From Mytilus edulis (Eukaryota): DNA of 64,000 bases. The first letter of the stretch is position 1. The number at the start of each line of letters is the position of its first letter. Of the stretch, positions 13,378 through 28,700 are shown in pieces. The stretch is from assembly GCF_963676685.1 (NCBI RefSeq), contig NC_092344.1:125116001-125180000 (forward strand). The letters run 5' to 3'. The notes below the pieces were generated by a model, which saw only the letters and a list, made by a program, of their open reading frames with translations, was not told the origin of the DNA and searched no databases. The translations under genes were made by a program, and so were the position numbers.

Positions 13378-13666
13378 CAGTTGTCAAATCTCAATTGATG
13401 GTGGCAACTCTTCAACTATAGTACTACAGTATAATATGAGTCCAAGTAAAATGAAACTGGTACAATCAGGGTTAATTTTGATATGCTATAATCTTAACTA
13501 TGATACATGTATGTGTATAGTTAGTGGCACTTATTGCTATCAATGGTTAAGCACCCATCCTTTTTTTCTTTATTTTGGTTCATACTTTAAGGCTTCTGAC
13601 CTACAAATGTATAAATCATCCCTATTTTTTTAAAAAGGTCTTTATTAATATATTTCAGAACATAAA

Positions 13667-13723
13667 ATGAGTACCATGGTAGATAATAGATGGGATCCTA
13701 TTCTTCAGAACCAACAAGGACCA
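13667..13723 (+). CDS. Probable first coding exon (exon 13659-13723): MSTMVDNRWDPILQNQQGP
   Basis: Acceptor tatttcag| at 13658, ATG at 13667 in aaaATG context, donor cca|GTAAGT in phase 0. Confidence 0.6.
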
Positions 13724-16700
13724 GTAAGTATAATTTTATGAGGTACTCGAGGGATATCTATTCTTTAGAACCAACAAGGACCAGTAAGTATAATTGTATG
13801 AGGTACTCAAGGGATATCTATTCTTCAGAACCAACAAGGACCAGTAAGTATAATTGTATGAGGTACTTGAGGGATATCTATTCTTTAGAACCAACAAGGA
13901 CCAGTAAGTATAATTGTATGAGGTACTCAAGGGATATCTATTCTTTAGAACCAACAAGGACCAGTAAGTATAATTGTATGAGGTACTTGAGGGATATCTA
14001 TTCTTCAGAACCAACAAGGACCAGTAAGTATAATTGTATGATGTACTCAAGGGATATCCTGATAATTTATGATGTCAAAATCTTGCAAGCATCAGTCTGA
14101 CTAACTTATGATTTTATGAAGTAATAAGGGATTCTAAAATCAATTTGGGGACATATAACACAATTTCTCTTTTTATGAATGTAAATTAAATAACTTCATG
14201 ACATAAAAAAAAAATTTCACATGTTATTCATGTTATTGGTTCTTAGGAATTTAAATATATGTCAATTTTTCTTGACATACTATATTTAATAGAAATAATA
14301 AAAATATCACTTTTGCTAAAGTTTGTTGAAAATTAATGAATTCTTCATTTAAATTTATTTATTGCTGGATTCTTTAAAAACTGTTTCCCTAAGTGACAAT
14401 CATTTCATAACCGTCAATGGATTCATTGCTTATTTCATTAATAATAATAATAATAATAATAATTCTTTATTTAAAGAGGGTTACACAGTTAGCTGTAAAG
14501 CTAATCTTCCCTGAGGCCCTCATAAAATACAATGAAATATAACAAACAATTACAAAATATCAAACAGACACACATACATGAATAATGAAATAAAAAATTG
14601 TTATGAAATATACAATTTTCAAAACAGGTAAAAGTTACAAATTCATATATGACATGTATAGTATTGGCATCAACAATATCATAAGTTTGAGTAAGTGTGT
14701 GAAACTTATTATGCATATAAAAAATGCACAGCTTTTTAATGTTCCATCAAGTAATTTTTTAAATCTTTTTTGAATGAGCTTGTACTTGAGGTTGATTTTT
14801 TCAGGGATATTGGTAAGTTATTCCATAAAATAGATCCTGAATATATAAAAGATTTCTTATAAAGCTCTGTTTTGGCTTTTGGAACTTGTAAATTTTTGCA
14901 AGAGGCATTTCTCAAACGATATTGGTTTATTTCTGGCATTTCTTTAAACTTTTCAGTGAGATATACAGGGGCTTCATTCTTAAGGCATTTATGCATCAAA
15001 ACATGTATATAATTAGAAAACACATTAATACAGCTGGTGTAAAAGTATTATTCAGACTTAACATTTAATTTGAAATCCATTTCAATTTTATAACAAATAA
15101 GTTAATAGTTTATTGCTTTGGTATTGAGGAAAGAATTGTATTATGATATTCACCATGGATGAGTGTTATAATAATTTCTATACAGTTAAAGGAAACGTGT
15201 AATGAAAGCTTCCCTGACTGATGAAATGTTTACTACTTCTTTTAAAAGATAAATTGTATAGTTGTAAGAGACCTATAAATAAGATACATAACATTGACTA
15301 CTAAATCATCAGATTTAAATGACCTCAATTATAAGTTGTACTGTGGTACAGTAGAATGGTAGTTAGCAACTATTGATATTACATTCTGTTTAGAATTATT
15401 ACATGATATTCAACAGAATTCTTTTCCATGCTAAAATGTCACACTCACCAAGGCTGTGCTGCATGACTGAGTACTCAGTAATTTTGTAGTTTGGCATGAA
15501 ACACTGCTTCTTTCAGTGGTAGATTAATGATGCTTTACTTTGATAAAGTAAGACAAATGCCAGAGTCTGTAATGTAGTGGAACAGTGGCACATGACAGAG
15601 TCTGTGTAGTAGTGGTACTGATGCCACACATGTCACATAATAGATAGTGGCACAAAACTAAAGTTACATAATTGCCCATGACATTAAAACTAATGCCACA
15701 CATTATGTGGTACATGACAGAGTATTGTGTTGAAAATATTGTTGTCATACTGTCACATTGTAACATATTACACCATCTGATAAGCAGTGCATATAATATG
15801 ATACATGTCACTTAGTGACACATGACAATGTCTTAAATATGATACATGTCACTTAGTGGCACATGACAGTGTCTTAAATATGATACATGTCACTTAGTGG
15901 CACACGACAGTGTCTTAAATATGACACATGTCACCTAGTGGCATATGACAGTGTCTTAAATATGATACATGTCACTTAGTGGCACATGACAGTGTCTTAA
16001 ATATGATACATGTCACTTAGTGGCACATGACAGTGTCTTAAATATGATACATGTCACTTAGTGGCACATGACAGTGTCTTAAATATGATACATGTCACTT
16101 AGTGGCACATGACAGTTTCTTAAATATGATACATGTCACTTAGTGGCACATGGCAGTGTCTAAAATATGATGCATGTCACTTAGTGGCACATGACAGTGT
16201 CTTAAATATGATACATGTAGTGGCACATGACAGTGTCTTACATATGACACATGTCACTTAGTGGCACATGACAGTGTCTTAAATATGACACATGCCACTT
16301 AGTGGCACATAACAGTGTCTTAAATATGAAACATGTCACTTAGTGGCACATGACAGTGTCTTAAATATGATACATGTCACTTAGTGGCACATTCGTGACA
16401 TTGTCAACGTATATTTGTTCCACCTAACAGAAGTTCCAATGGAAACTTTGTAATAAACATTGTCATAATATCTATTCCTGTTGGAACAAATATTCTATAC
16501 CATTTATCCCGTTAGGAACATATACTGTAATTTTTATTCTTGTGGAAATAATATTCCAGAACATTTTTTCCTTTCAGAACTTATATTATGAAGGAACTTA
16601 TATTCCGTGACAACATGACAGTGTCTTAAATATGATACATGTCACATAGTGGCACATGACAGTGACAATGTGTCATACATATCACAAAGTGAAACATGAC

Positions 16701-19700
16701 AGTGACAATGTGTCATACATATCACAAAGTGAAACATGACAGAAACTGAAAGGTGTTCTGATGTTATACATGTACATGTCACATAATTCACATGACAGAG
16801 TTTGAAATCAGTGGCACACATTCTACATGATGGCCAATGATATCAATACTGATACCACACCTTAAGTGTTACATGACAGAGTATTGATGTATGTGTCTCT
16901 GCTGACATGTCAGGGAATTTTTATGTGTCTCAGAGCTGATAATTTCAATGGTCAGACTTTTTTGTCTCAGATTTTAGATTCTTGATGTCAGGAAATTTTG
17001 GTCTTACAAAAAACAGCCCCCAACTTTCAATGCAAAGATGAGGATAGTGTATATAAATACTACTGTTGTATGGCAGCTCAAAATGTTAAAAGAAAGGTTC
17101 TTGTTGAAAACTATTTAATTTTAGATAAACCCTTAATAGTATGAACAGCAATGTAAGCATATAATTATGTTATTTTGAGGTTGTTATGTTTTTTGTAGAT
17201 TACATCTGGCTATGTTAGTAACAGTGATATCAGACAGAGAGAAAGAAAAGATCAAATTAAATGGGAAAGACAAAGAGAGTATGAAGACCTGATGAATAAG
17301 GTAAAATATTTACACAATTATCATAGGATCTCCTATTTTATAAGTGATGGGTACAATTTGTGGCACTTGAAAGTTATAACCCACATTTATATATTTAAAA
17401 GTTTTGAAATAAGCAATGATTTTTTTTAGATTTCAATTTGATAAAATTTCCTTTTAGTCTGATAAATACTTTTTTTGTTAATAATTTTTCTATAAAATCA
17501 AATTTAATTTTCATTTAGCCAGGGGAACCAGAGCAAGGCCAACAACAACAGGTATACAGTCACCATACTTCTGTTTGTCTCTCTGTCTCACAAGTGTTTT
17601 ATTTTTAACTTAATTACTTTGTAGCAAATCTAATCTTTAAAAGTTGATGAATTCTCAAATTTTGATTATTTCTTACTGATTTTTCACTAGAAAAACTCAA
17701 ACTTTTTTCTTTTGACAGCCCTATGCACTTGAGAGTTCTAATTGATATTTTATAAATAATAATTCAAGTTTTGGTTATGATACATGACTTTCTAATTATT
17801 TAACATTTTACATGATTTGGTGGAATTCTTATAGATGTATATTGTAATATTATTTAAACATTAATATATATTGTATTCAGTATTGTCATGTAGATGTTTA
17901 TTGGTTGTTGGTTGTCTGGTTCATCATTTTATATTATAATTGTCGACTACTTGAGCTGCTTGCTTTCAGAAATGAAGAGGCTCTTTCTCTAATATTGTTT
18001 AACAGAAAGTCTGTTCAGATACAATCTTGACAGAAAAAATATTTGAAAAGCTTAAAAATTTAACTATTTTGAGTGGAGAAATATTAAATCACACTTGAAG
18101 CATGATATATAGAATCTATCCACTTACTGACCAATTTCATGGTTTGTTATTATTAAGCAGGACAGGGAAATGTGTCATCCAGTAAACCAAACACATCTGC
18201 ATGTAACTAATGGTAACGGATCATGTGACAATATAATAACAAAGCACTAAAATGGGATGAATTTTTATTCATAGCACAAGTTCAAAATTTCAAAAATATG
18301 TAATTAAAACTCACTTCATTGATTGAATCAGCCCATAATATGATTAACAAGGAGTTAACTGTGTTGTAGTAAAAAATACAATTAATTCACCTACATGTTT
18401 TATTTTATTGATACCTTGTTTTAAATCTGTTTATTACAATTTATTTTATAATACCTAGGTAACATTGATAGATTGTTCCACTTTTCTACTTTTCAATAGA
18501 TGCTAAAATCCTATCTTAAGATTTTCTAATTAAGACAGTTGATATTGTGTCAAAATTTAAAAGTACATTAAAAACTTAATTCTTTGTCATATCTCCCAGA
18601 CTTAGCTTCTTGAAGCATACGACTACAAATTAATAGCAGCATCCATGCTTTAATCAGATACAAAGTTGAAGTCTAAGTAGTTTAAAGAATCTTCGTTGAA
18701 GCATTGAGATAGAATCTGTAGCAGATCAGGATGACGTTTTACATTTAATTGTTTTTAGCCAAACCCACCAGTATATTATAAAACTGGAGGAGCCGGAAAT
18801 AGCTTACCATTAGGGAGTTACGAGGAATCCCGTAAGACTTTAGACGATCAGCGCCAACAAGAGTACAATCGATTTGTAACCCAGGTATCACTGCTAGATG
18901 GCGCCATTCGTCAACCTTTTAGTAGACGCTAACATCTTATATTTATTTGCAGCAGTTTATTTAATGAACACTTTACATATTACATTTTTGACACACTTAT
19001 TTATATTTATATAATATTTGCACCATAATATTTCTCTTTTTTCAGTGAGTTCCTGCACAATACCTGTTTTATTTATATCCATGCAACATGTGTGTTTACC
19101 TTATTCTAAACCCATGCAGCATGTTTGTTTAACCTATTCATTATTAACATGTCTTTGGTTCTTTACTACAGTGAGTTCTCGGCTTTATTTCCAACTGCAT
19201 ATTATGATGAGGATGGCTTCAGTTTCTTGATATACTGCTGCTTAAGAAAGTTTGAGATACATTTACTGTTGTGAACTTGTCCATAAACAATTATTAATCT
19301 GCGTTCAATAAAAGAACAATGCTTAAACTGATGACTCTGCATTCCTAAGACCCTTTCAGAAAGTCTCAAAAAGCTAATGACAAACTGGCATTTTACACTT
19401 TGCAATTTAATTTATACATTTTAAATTAAATCTTTGAATTCTTGAATATTAACTGCTTCTTTGTTGGATATCTTGTTTATGAAACACGGAGATGTGGGGT
19501 ATATAAGACATTTTAGAAGTGAATAGAATTGGTACCAACATCATTTATATGTGACTTTATGTGTGTTTGTCAGAAAGTTATACATTAGATGACACATGTA
19601 TTTTTCAATCTTAACACTTTGTATGTGTTTGTCAAGAGGACTGATTATTAAGTTAAAGTATTGATGCCCAAATATTACCCATTAATAAATCCTATCAAAA

Positions 19701-22700
19701 GTGAAGTTGTTATTTGAATGTCACTGAATTCCATTTGGGTCTGTTTTTGTTCTGAGGTAATTCAATGAAGTCAAAAAGCTTGCTTTTAATTATACGTTAT
19801 TCATTGCAGCCTTTCATATATTTTTTATTACTGAATTCGTATTAGATTATTTGGGTATACTTCATTTAACCTCATTACTAATATTGATTGACATGTATAC
19901 AGGTGTATTTAAAACTTATATTTTCTATTTTGAATACTATGTTGGAGACCAATGAATGTGAATGGGTTCAGATAGGTTTTCATTGTTGACAGATTTAATT
20001 GCTTAAATAAAAGGCGGAATTTGTGTTCAACCGCATGTGTTCAGTTATGTCAGGTTTTACAGTGTAATTCGGGTATATTCCAGAAAAGGTTTGACTGTAC
20101 TTTCATTCATGAATTCTAATGCTAAGTATAATTTTCACCTGATAAGATTTATTTTCCTTCTATTTATTTTTGATAAGATTTCTCTGTAAACAATGTCTTT
20201 TGTTATGGGTTTAAGGTTTATTTAGTGAAGAAAATAGCAATTAAAAGGCATAAGATTAATCAGTGAACCAGAGCAATCAATTTGTTGACAAACTATATAA
20301 ATGTATTGAGTTCCGTCCTTTTGTCTCATTTAAAATAAAAAACAATACACCCGTATTTGTTGACGATTAAGGTTTGTTTGTTATTTATTGATAGCTACAC
20401 ATTGTGTTTATTGTTTTACATGTTTAGAAGTTTAAAGGATAATCTCAAAGGGCTATTATCATAATGATTTAGTATACACAATAGCCTGCTTTATTTGGCT
20501 TGTTTAATGCTTTTAAAGCTTATTCAAAATAACAAATATTTTTTTTAGGGTATAATTTGTAAGCTTTGATTTAAAAATAAATCTAGTTCCATTTTCATTT
20601 TTTTTACATTACAATTGAATGACTTTGAGATGTTCCTTAATTAGACACTGCAGTAAGGACCCGTGGTGACATTGAAAGTAATTGTTTGTAGCTAGAGGGT
20701 TTTGTTTTTGCAGTATATGTGATTTGGCTGTATGTTTTAGTGAAATGTGTTGGTACAGCTAAGTTTATCTCATCTTATCTGACACAAAAATAAGTGTCCT
20801 TGATTTATAGGTTTATATTACTTGTCAGATAAGTAAAGACTGGCTAAAAAGGTCTTATCTGGTGGTTAAGTATAAGTATTTTTTTTTACATTTAGGGATT
20901 CATTCATTAGAGTGTGTATAGGTGTATTTTTTAGTGTCTCTGTACTATAGAACTGGACCAACAAAACATGTTAATAGACCATTCTTAACAGTTATTTTAT
21001 TGTTCTTGAGAATTTGGTTTTAATGTCATTAACTTTGATAGTTTCTGTTAAATTCATTCACAATATATACATATACCTGTGAAGATTTAGAATTCGTGAC
21101 ATATAATTTAGACACCTATCTTTTGCTGAAGAATGTAGGTTGTCCTGAGTTGACTATTGTTTATTTTTGTTGTTTGGTTACTGTGACTATTTTATTCATT
21201 GGGCAAAGAAAGATAACTCTTGTTAAACTACCAAGGAAAGTAACTCTTCTGAATATAACAGTGTGATGCTAGTTTATCATATGCATTGTACTTATAGCAT
21301 TCATTAAATGTTTTATAGAAAAAAGACACAGAAAACAAAAGGAGAGAAGAATTGTACAGAAACTCTCAACAGAATTATAGACCTCCGCCTGAACCAGAAA
21401 TGTATGATCACGGTCAGATAGCAAAAGACCTCAGAGAAGAACGACAAAAGGAATATAATGATTATCTCGTAAGTTTTCTTACTTATTCACAATGTCACTT
21501 AGAATAAGTGGAATGATTTGTTGGGATAAGGAAAATATAAACACAATTGTTTCTGAGAAGACAAGATGGTTAAACATCTATTTTTCCTTATTTTATTTGT
21601 AACAGTTAAATTATTTTTTTATAAAATGTTACAAATGTGGTTAATATAAGTAAAATTTTAATACATATTTAGATATGAAATAGAGTTGTACCTGATCTAA
21701 AATGAATACATAAAGAAAAGTTGGTTTATTATTTTGTGCCTGTTATTTTTAGTACAGATATTTTAGTAGAAAAGTCTTTCAAGCAATCATGGGAAACATT
21801 GAAGGCAGCATTTCTAAACTGCTCTTCATCAATTTATTAAGCATTAAATATAAAGTGTTTGAAATTTTAGAATACCATAATAAGACAATAATAATACATC
21901 AGTTAAATTAATAATTAATAAAATTCTGAACAAATTTAATTAATATCAATAACAATTGACTGGAAAATTATATATCAACATTCTGAAACGCTATAAAAAC
22001 CATAGGAAAAGCTAAAGGGTGAAAATCAGAAAATAACAGTTGGGATGACATATTGAGTAAAGGGAATTCATATGTTATGTGCATGCAGTAGAATAGCATA
22101 TAAAGCTAGACAGCTGATTCAGCCTAATGTGCTTATTTATAGTGCAAGTATTTTTTTTACATTTAAACTTTTTCATTTAAAATACTTGTTAATATATTTT
22201 CTTTCATTCAACAAATTTAGTTTTCATGTTGATTTTAGTCACAGCATATTTGCTTGTATTTTCTTAGTGGTTCTATGATAACAAGATTTGCATTCTTCTA
22301 AAAATCTAGTATTGAAGGGGGAATATGAATTAAAAAGAGGAGATTTGAGGGTTTGCTGCTCTGATACAGCAATCAAACAATATACATTTGAAACATATTA
22401 AAGTACACCACAGAAATAGAATAGAAAGGCAGAAATTTGCTATGTATAAGATGTTGACCTGGAAAGAAGTTGTAATTGAGTTTAAATGACATAATCTGAA
22501 ATAAGGGAGATAATTTTAAATTTTTACAGAAAAACAAAGGTAACTTGCATGTGTCAGTCATGTTCTGTATGATGCTGCATGCATTCTGTCTGTTATCAAG
22601 TCTTAACAAAAGTTGACATATAATCACATCATAAATATACACATTTTCACATGAATGTTGCATGGTCACTCTGCAATAATTGAAATAGAATTTGAGTATT

Positions 22701-25700
22701 TAGGTATTAAGATAAACTTGTCATTCATAAAGGAAAAAAATATGAAGATTTTTTGTTATTTTTGATAAGTTCATGATATGGTATAAATTGATGTTTTCCT
22801 ACATTATTTAAAAGGAACCTCCCAGCAAGGGATTTACACACCATGAAGATAGAAAGAAAATGCTTTCTCAAGAGCGAAATAATGAATATAATGAATTTCT
22901 TGAGAAGAAGGTATAGACAAATGGTGTATTTTGACATGTGATGGTTTATTTGTTTCACTTTTTGGTATTGCACATTGTAGCATAAGTATGACTTGGTGAG
23001 AGTTATTCCAAGTTTTATTTAGTTATTGTAGCTGATGTAATTCAATGTTTGTAGACAGGTTGATATAAAAGTCATAACAATTATGTTGATGGGTAATCAA
23101 GAGGTACAGGGTTCTTTTTCATTGACAGTTAAGAAGGATTATTAACTTACCCAAAATAATCAACCTAGAAAATAAAGGCAGATTGTAGGGTTTTTAATGT
23201 GTATTCTTTTAGATGTTGTAAACAGCATTTTTTGTCTACAGGCATACTATGATTTGCATTTAAATTTTGTTACGCCTGTGGTATACCCTGTTGTGTAATA
23301 TAAATAATGACACATATTTTAACAAACATGTTTTGATATGAATTTGAACAAAAATATGAACATAGAACATAAGACATATCTCAATGCTCACTATTGTTTT
23401 TCACACCCAGATATAAAGCTCTCAACTACACACAAAATAATAAACAAATAGTCCTTTTATTTCAGCTGCACCATGTTATACACATCATGCTTTCAGTTTA
23501 AGTTTTTAGATTGTGTTAGACAAATATGCTTTAGTTAAAGTTGCAGATTGATATAGCGTTAAACAAGTTTTGCTACAGTTGTAGTTGTAGCTTGTGATTA
23601 AGGCAAACACATTTGGCATGATTTTGTGTTATAATCCTAGATCATTACATTTTGTGTTTTGGCTTCTGCTTCAAGTCATGTTTCAAACTTGGCATTATTT
23701 TAAGTTACAGTTGCTGCATGAAGTCATGTTTTAGTTTCAGCTTGTTGTCATTTATCACCATGTTTAAGCTGCAGCTTGTCATGTTTAAGCAGTTTGTATT
23801 TGTGTTTTTGAGTAGTATGGTGTAATGTATTAGATGCAAACTGTTTTCATTTTTTAGCTTCAGCTTATTGTCATTTGTCACCATGTTTTAGCCGCAGTTT
23901 GTCATGTTTAATCTTCAGTTTCTTGTCATGTTTTGACTGCAACATGCCATGTTTTAGCCACAGCTTGTCATGTATAGCAGCAGTTTGTTGACATGTTTTG
24001 ACTGCAACATGCCATGTTTTAGCCACAGCTTGTCATGTTTTAGCCGCAGCTTGTTATGTTTAAGCAGCAGTTTGTTGACATGTTTTTGTGAAGTATAATG
24101 GCATGTTTTGGATGCAAATGGTTGTCATGTTAAAGCTGTGGCTTGTTGCCATATTTTAGATTCAGCTTGCTATGTTTTAGATTCAGCTTGGTGTCATATT
24201 TCTGTTCCAGCTTGTAAATTATTGATTCAGTTTGTCCTCATATTTCAGCTTCAGTGTGTTCTAATGTTTTATCTGCAGCTTGTTGTTATGTTTTTTTGTC
24301 CAGGTTGTTTGTCATGTTTAAGCTGCAGCTTTGTTATTGTTTAAGGCAGCATGTTGTCATGATTAATGTACAAGTTGTTGTCATGTTTTGAACATCATCT
24401 TGTCTTATTAAGCTATAGCTTGTCATATTTCAGATGCAGCATGTGCCGGGTTTTATCATGCTGCTTGTTGTCATGTTTTATCTTCAGCTTGTTGTCATGA
24501 TTTATCTTTAGTTTGTTCTCATGTTTTATCTACAGCTTATTTTCATGTTTTAGCTTGAGCTTGTCATGTTTTTGCTGCAGCTTGTTTTCCTGTTTTATCT
24601 GCACCTTTGTTGTCATGTTTTAGCTGCCACTTTTCATATTATAAGCTACAGATGTGGTCATTATTATCATGCAGCTTGTCTTATTTTAGGAGCATCTTTT
24701 TAATGTTTTAAGCTGTATCATGTTAGCAAAATTTAGGTACAAGTTTTGATTGCAGTTTGTCGTCCTTTTAAGATGTAGCTAGTTGTAATTTTTTCCCTGT
24801 AGCTTGTTCTCATGTTTCAATTGTCATATTTAAGTGACAGCTTGTTGTCATGCTTATGCTGCAACTTGTAGTCATGTTGTTATCATATTTTAATTTCTGG
24901 TTGTTGTTATTTTTAGCTGCAATTTAAAGTGATGTTTTAGATGCAACTTTTATTTACGTTTTAGCTGCAGCTTGTTGCCATGTTTTAGCTTAAGCATATT
25001 GTCATGTTTAAGTCATAGCTTATGATGTTAAAGTTAGAGCTTGTTATGTTTATGTCAGAGCTTGTCATGTTTAAGTCGGGCTTATCATGTTTAAGTCAGA
25101 GCTTGTTAAGTTTAAGCTAAAGGATTTTGTCATGTTTTAATTGCAGCTTAATGTTCTGTTAAAGTTGTGGCTTTGGTAATGTTTTGTTTTATCTGCAGCT
25201 TGTTTCCATGTGTTAGCTGAAGTTTAGTGTCATGTTAAAGCTACAAGTAGTTGTCATGTTTAGAACAGTCTGTCAAGTTTTAGTCAGTCTGAGTGTCATG
25301 TTTGTCATATCTTAGCTGTTGATTTCATGTGTAAGAATTAGTTTGTCATTTTCAGGTTCATTTAAAAATAAGAAGATGCTGTGTGATTGCCAATGAGAAA
25401 AATCTCCACCAAAGACCAAATGACATAGAAGTTTACAACTATATGTCACCATAGGGCTTCAGCAATGTGCTTGTTTCATGTTTTACTTGCAGCTTGTTGT
25501 CACATTTCAGCAGCAACTTTTTGACAGTTTAAGTTTCAGCTTGTTGTTCTTATTAAACTGCAGCGTGTCAGGTTTTAGCTGCAACTTGACAGGTTTTTAT
25601 ACATTCATGTTGAAGACCATGCTTGGCGTTTTTTAAGCTGCAGCCTGCAGTTTCTTTGTTATGTTTTTTCAGCATGTTTTTCTGATGTAACTGCAGCTTG

Positions 25701-28700
25701 ATATGTTATACATGCATTTAGTAGTGCTATCATAGTAAATCATTTAATTTTGATTTTTTTATTAAACGTGTACTTTTATATAATACAGCTTGCTATAAGA
25801 CCATACAAGTCGTCTGTTCTAGACCATTTTAAGGACTAGGTCATCAAATTAATTTGTTTACCCTTTAATTATTATATTTCTTTTTTCATATTTGTCAGTA
25901 AGCAGATAAATAGCATTATGCCTGTTTTTCAAATACATCCATCATAAATAATGAGGGTCATTAGAACATAATGATAAGTTCTTCTGCTGAACAGAGCTTA
26001 TAATAGTACATTTTCAAATTAATTATTTCAAGTCATTTAAAAAATAAATTTTGTCATTATATTTTGCCATTGAATTTGGCTAGTTCAATTGTGTGTGTGT
26101 TGGTTTTATTCATTTGATGCTTGATGAATATAAATAAACTACTATGGTGTGAGATTAGGCTTTACTCTTTATTATTTTTTTTTAAGCCATTCAATAATAT
26201 AAGATCTTGACAAGACTGGGATGGCCAATGTTTTCTTGGGAATTGGTAAACTTTACAAAGTTTTAAAAGATCTATTAACAAAAAATTCCAAACTTGAAGG
26301 TAAATTCAAAAAGGGGGGAGTCGATAATACTTGACAAATCATGCAAACAGTGACTAAACTTTATTAGGCAATTTTTTTAGTAAAACAAGTAAAATTAAGA
26401 AATAATTCATGGGGGCTTGAATATATCGTGATTTTACCACGGGTTGGCCCTTTATGACAAATATTTTACCCCTGAGCGATAGCGAGGGGTAAAATATCGA
26501 CATAAAGGGACAACCCGTGGTAAAATCTAGATATATTCAAGCCCCCATGAATTATTTCGATTCTGATAGGACACATACGGCAATTCTTTTGGATTGAAGC
26601 GCTCTAGGTGTAGGCAAATATTTGCCGTTCCCATAAATAAACGCACTAATAAACTAGCGTAAAAGAACGGAGCAAACTGCATTAGTGACATGCTTAAACT
26701 ATTTAAAATAATGTATTTAGACAGTTTTGGATGAATTTGAATGATAATTTATTTATATGTCTTATATGATGTACAATAAGGGGCTTTTGCCACATTTTAG
26801 CATCATTTGCGTATGTTTCCTTGTGATGATTTTCGGATTCACAAGCGTGTATTTTCCCGTAAAATGCTTACATTCTAACGTCATTGTTCTATGACGTCGG
26901 GTATCTCATTCATAAAAAAGCATATGACGTGGGAGTACAATCGGAACAGCACTGGCAATATATTCATATTTTACCACGGGTGTGTACTCAAAGCGTTTGA
27001 AGGACGTCATGTTAGAATTCTGGATTTACCATATATGTAGCTCAATGAGGGGGACACTGGCCTCCTTGGCCTCCTAAATCCGACTCTGCTGATTGTTAAA
27101 TAATTTTTTAATTGTGCCTACTTTTTGGAATTGGAATTAAGATTTAAGAAATGAAAGGAATGTTCATAGGTTGAAAATATTTTTAATATCACTGTTGTTT
27201 GAATCTGTCCTTTTTAAATCAAATAAGTTATATTTATGTTATAACAAGAAAAGATGGAAATTTATGGTAGTTTCTTTTTTAAAAACTATCATGTAGTTTA
27301 CATTTTACTTTTAATACAATATACTGATGTAAGCTTAACAAATGCTATAGGTAGTCAATCTATAAATAGTGTAGACCAATTATAAACGAAGACCTACATT
27401 ACAAACATATAATCTTAAATTGAGGACTAATTTGTTAGAACTTTCCTAACAGAAACAGAAAATATCCGAGGAACACTCTCGTATCAAACACCGCCATCGA
27501 TACACACCAGCTGGTGGGCTAGCTATAGGGCAGTACGACCTTCAAAGGAAAAGACTTAGAGATGAGCTCAGTCGTGATTACAAACAGTCTTTACTCAAGG
27601 TAATTGCTGAATCAATGTAAATCATATAAAAAAAACAGCTAATTGATTTCAATTAATTACCTCGTTGTTTTCTAAAATTAAAAATGTTAATGACTTATTT
27701 TTCTGTTTTTTTAAAAATTCTAACCAAGTAGGATTTTTTTGCTCATTATTTCTATTTTGATCACTTTGAAGTCTTTTATTAACACAGTAGATCTTGTTTT
27801 TACATTTAGTTGTGTTAACCCTCTTGTTTTACAGTTAGATATTTTAACCCCCCTTTTTTACAGTTAGATATTTTAACCCCATTTTTTCACATTTTGTTCT
27901 CACACTTTTAGCAAAGACAGGATCAGTTGGTATTTAGGGCAAAGGAATTTCAACTGGATTCAGCCCCTGAATATCTGGGCAACTTAACCGAGGAGAGACC
28001 TCTTGTAGGCTCTCCACGACTCTCTTATGAGATTCCGAAATATCAGGTATTCATTGCATGAGTCTTTGTGATTCTTAGTCATTCTGCTATGGTCCTAGTT
28101 ATATGGTAGTTATAGACCTCCAGACTGGTCCCTTAGTCACATAATAGTGGTCTAGTGGGGATATATCATATAAAAATATATAACATATACAAATCCTAGG
28201 CAAACTGGTTTCCAGAAAGTCTAACTGTCTTAGTAGGGAGCTAAGTCTGAGCTCATTATAGTGGAACTATATATTCGTAGAGGTTTTTGGGCTTCAGTAA
28301 TTAAATAAGTTTTTATTAACATTAAAAAGCTAGGTCATTTTTTCGTACAACTAATTTTTGCTCCATGATTTGTCAATGAAAGAGTAAATTATTATATACT
28401 GTCTTTTATTTACTTAATTTAAAAAAAATTAACTAAGATATAAATTCTCAAACTACGTTGTAGAACACAAGTTTTCATGAAGCTGTGCATTTTCTATTCT
28501 TTGGGAGTAACTAAAAGAATAATGTCTTGATCTGTTCTGTTCTAATATAGTAAAGTTCATTATAACAGGGACCATCTGGAGTCTTGAGTTGTTGTAATTT
28601 CTAATAGTATCAACAAATTTAACCTTTATTTAGAACCTGTTTAAATTGTAGCAGTAGGTTAACTGTTAGTCCAGTTTAAATATTAGCTGTAGTTTTTTTA

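Noticed and set aside
13690-14100. 136-aa and 104-aa repetitive ORFs
   Set aside because: These are translations of the 60-bp minisatellite. The plausible coding frame is a different one and ends at the 13724 donor.
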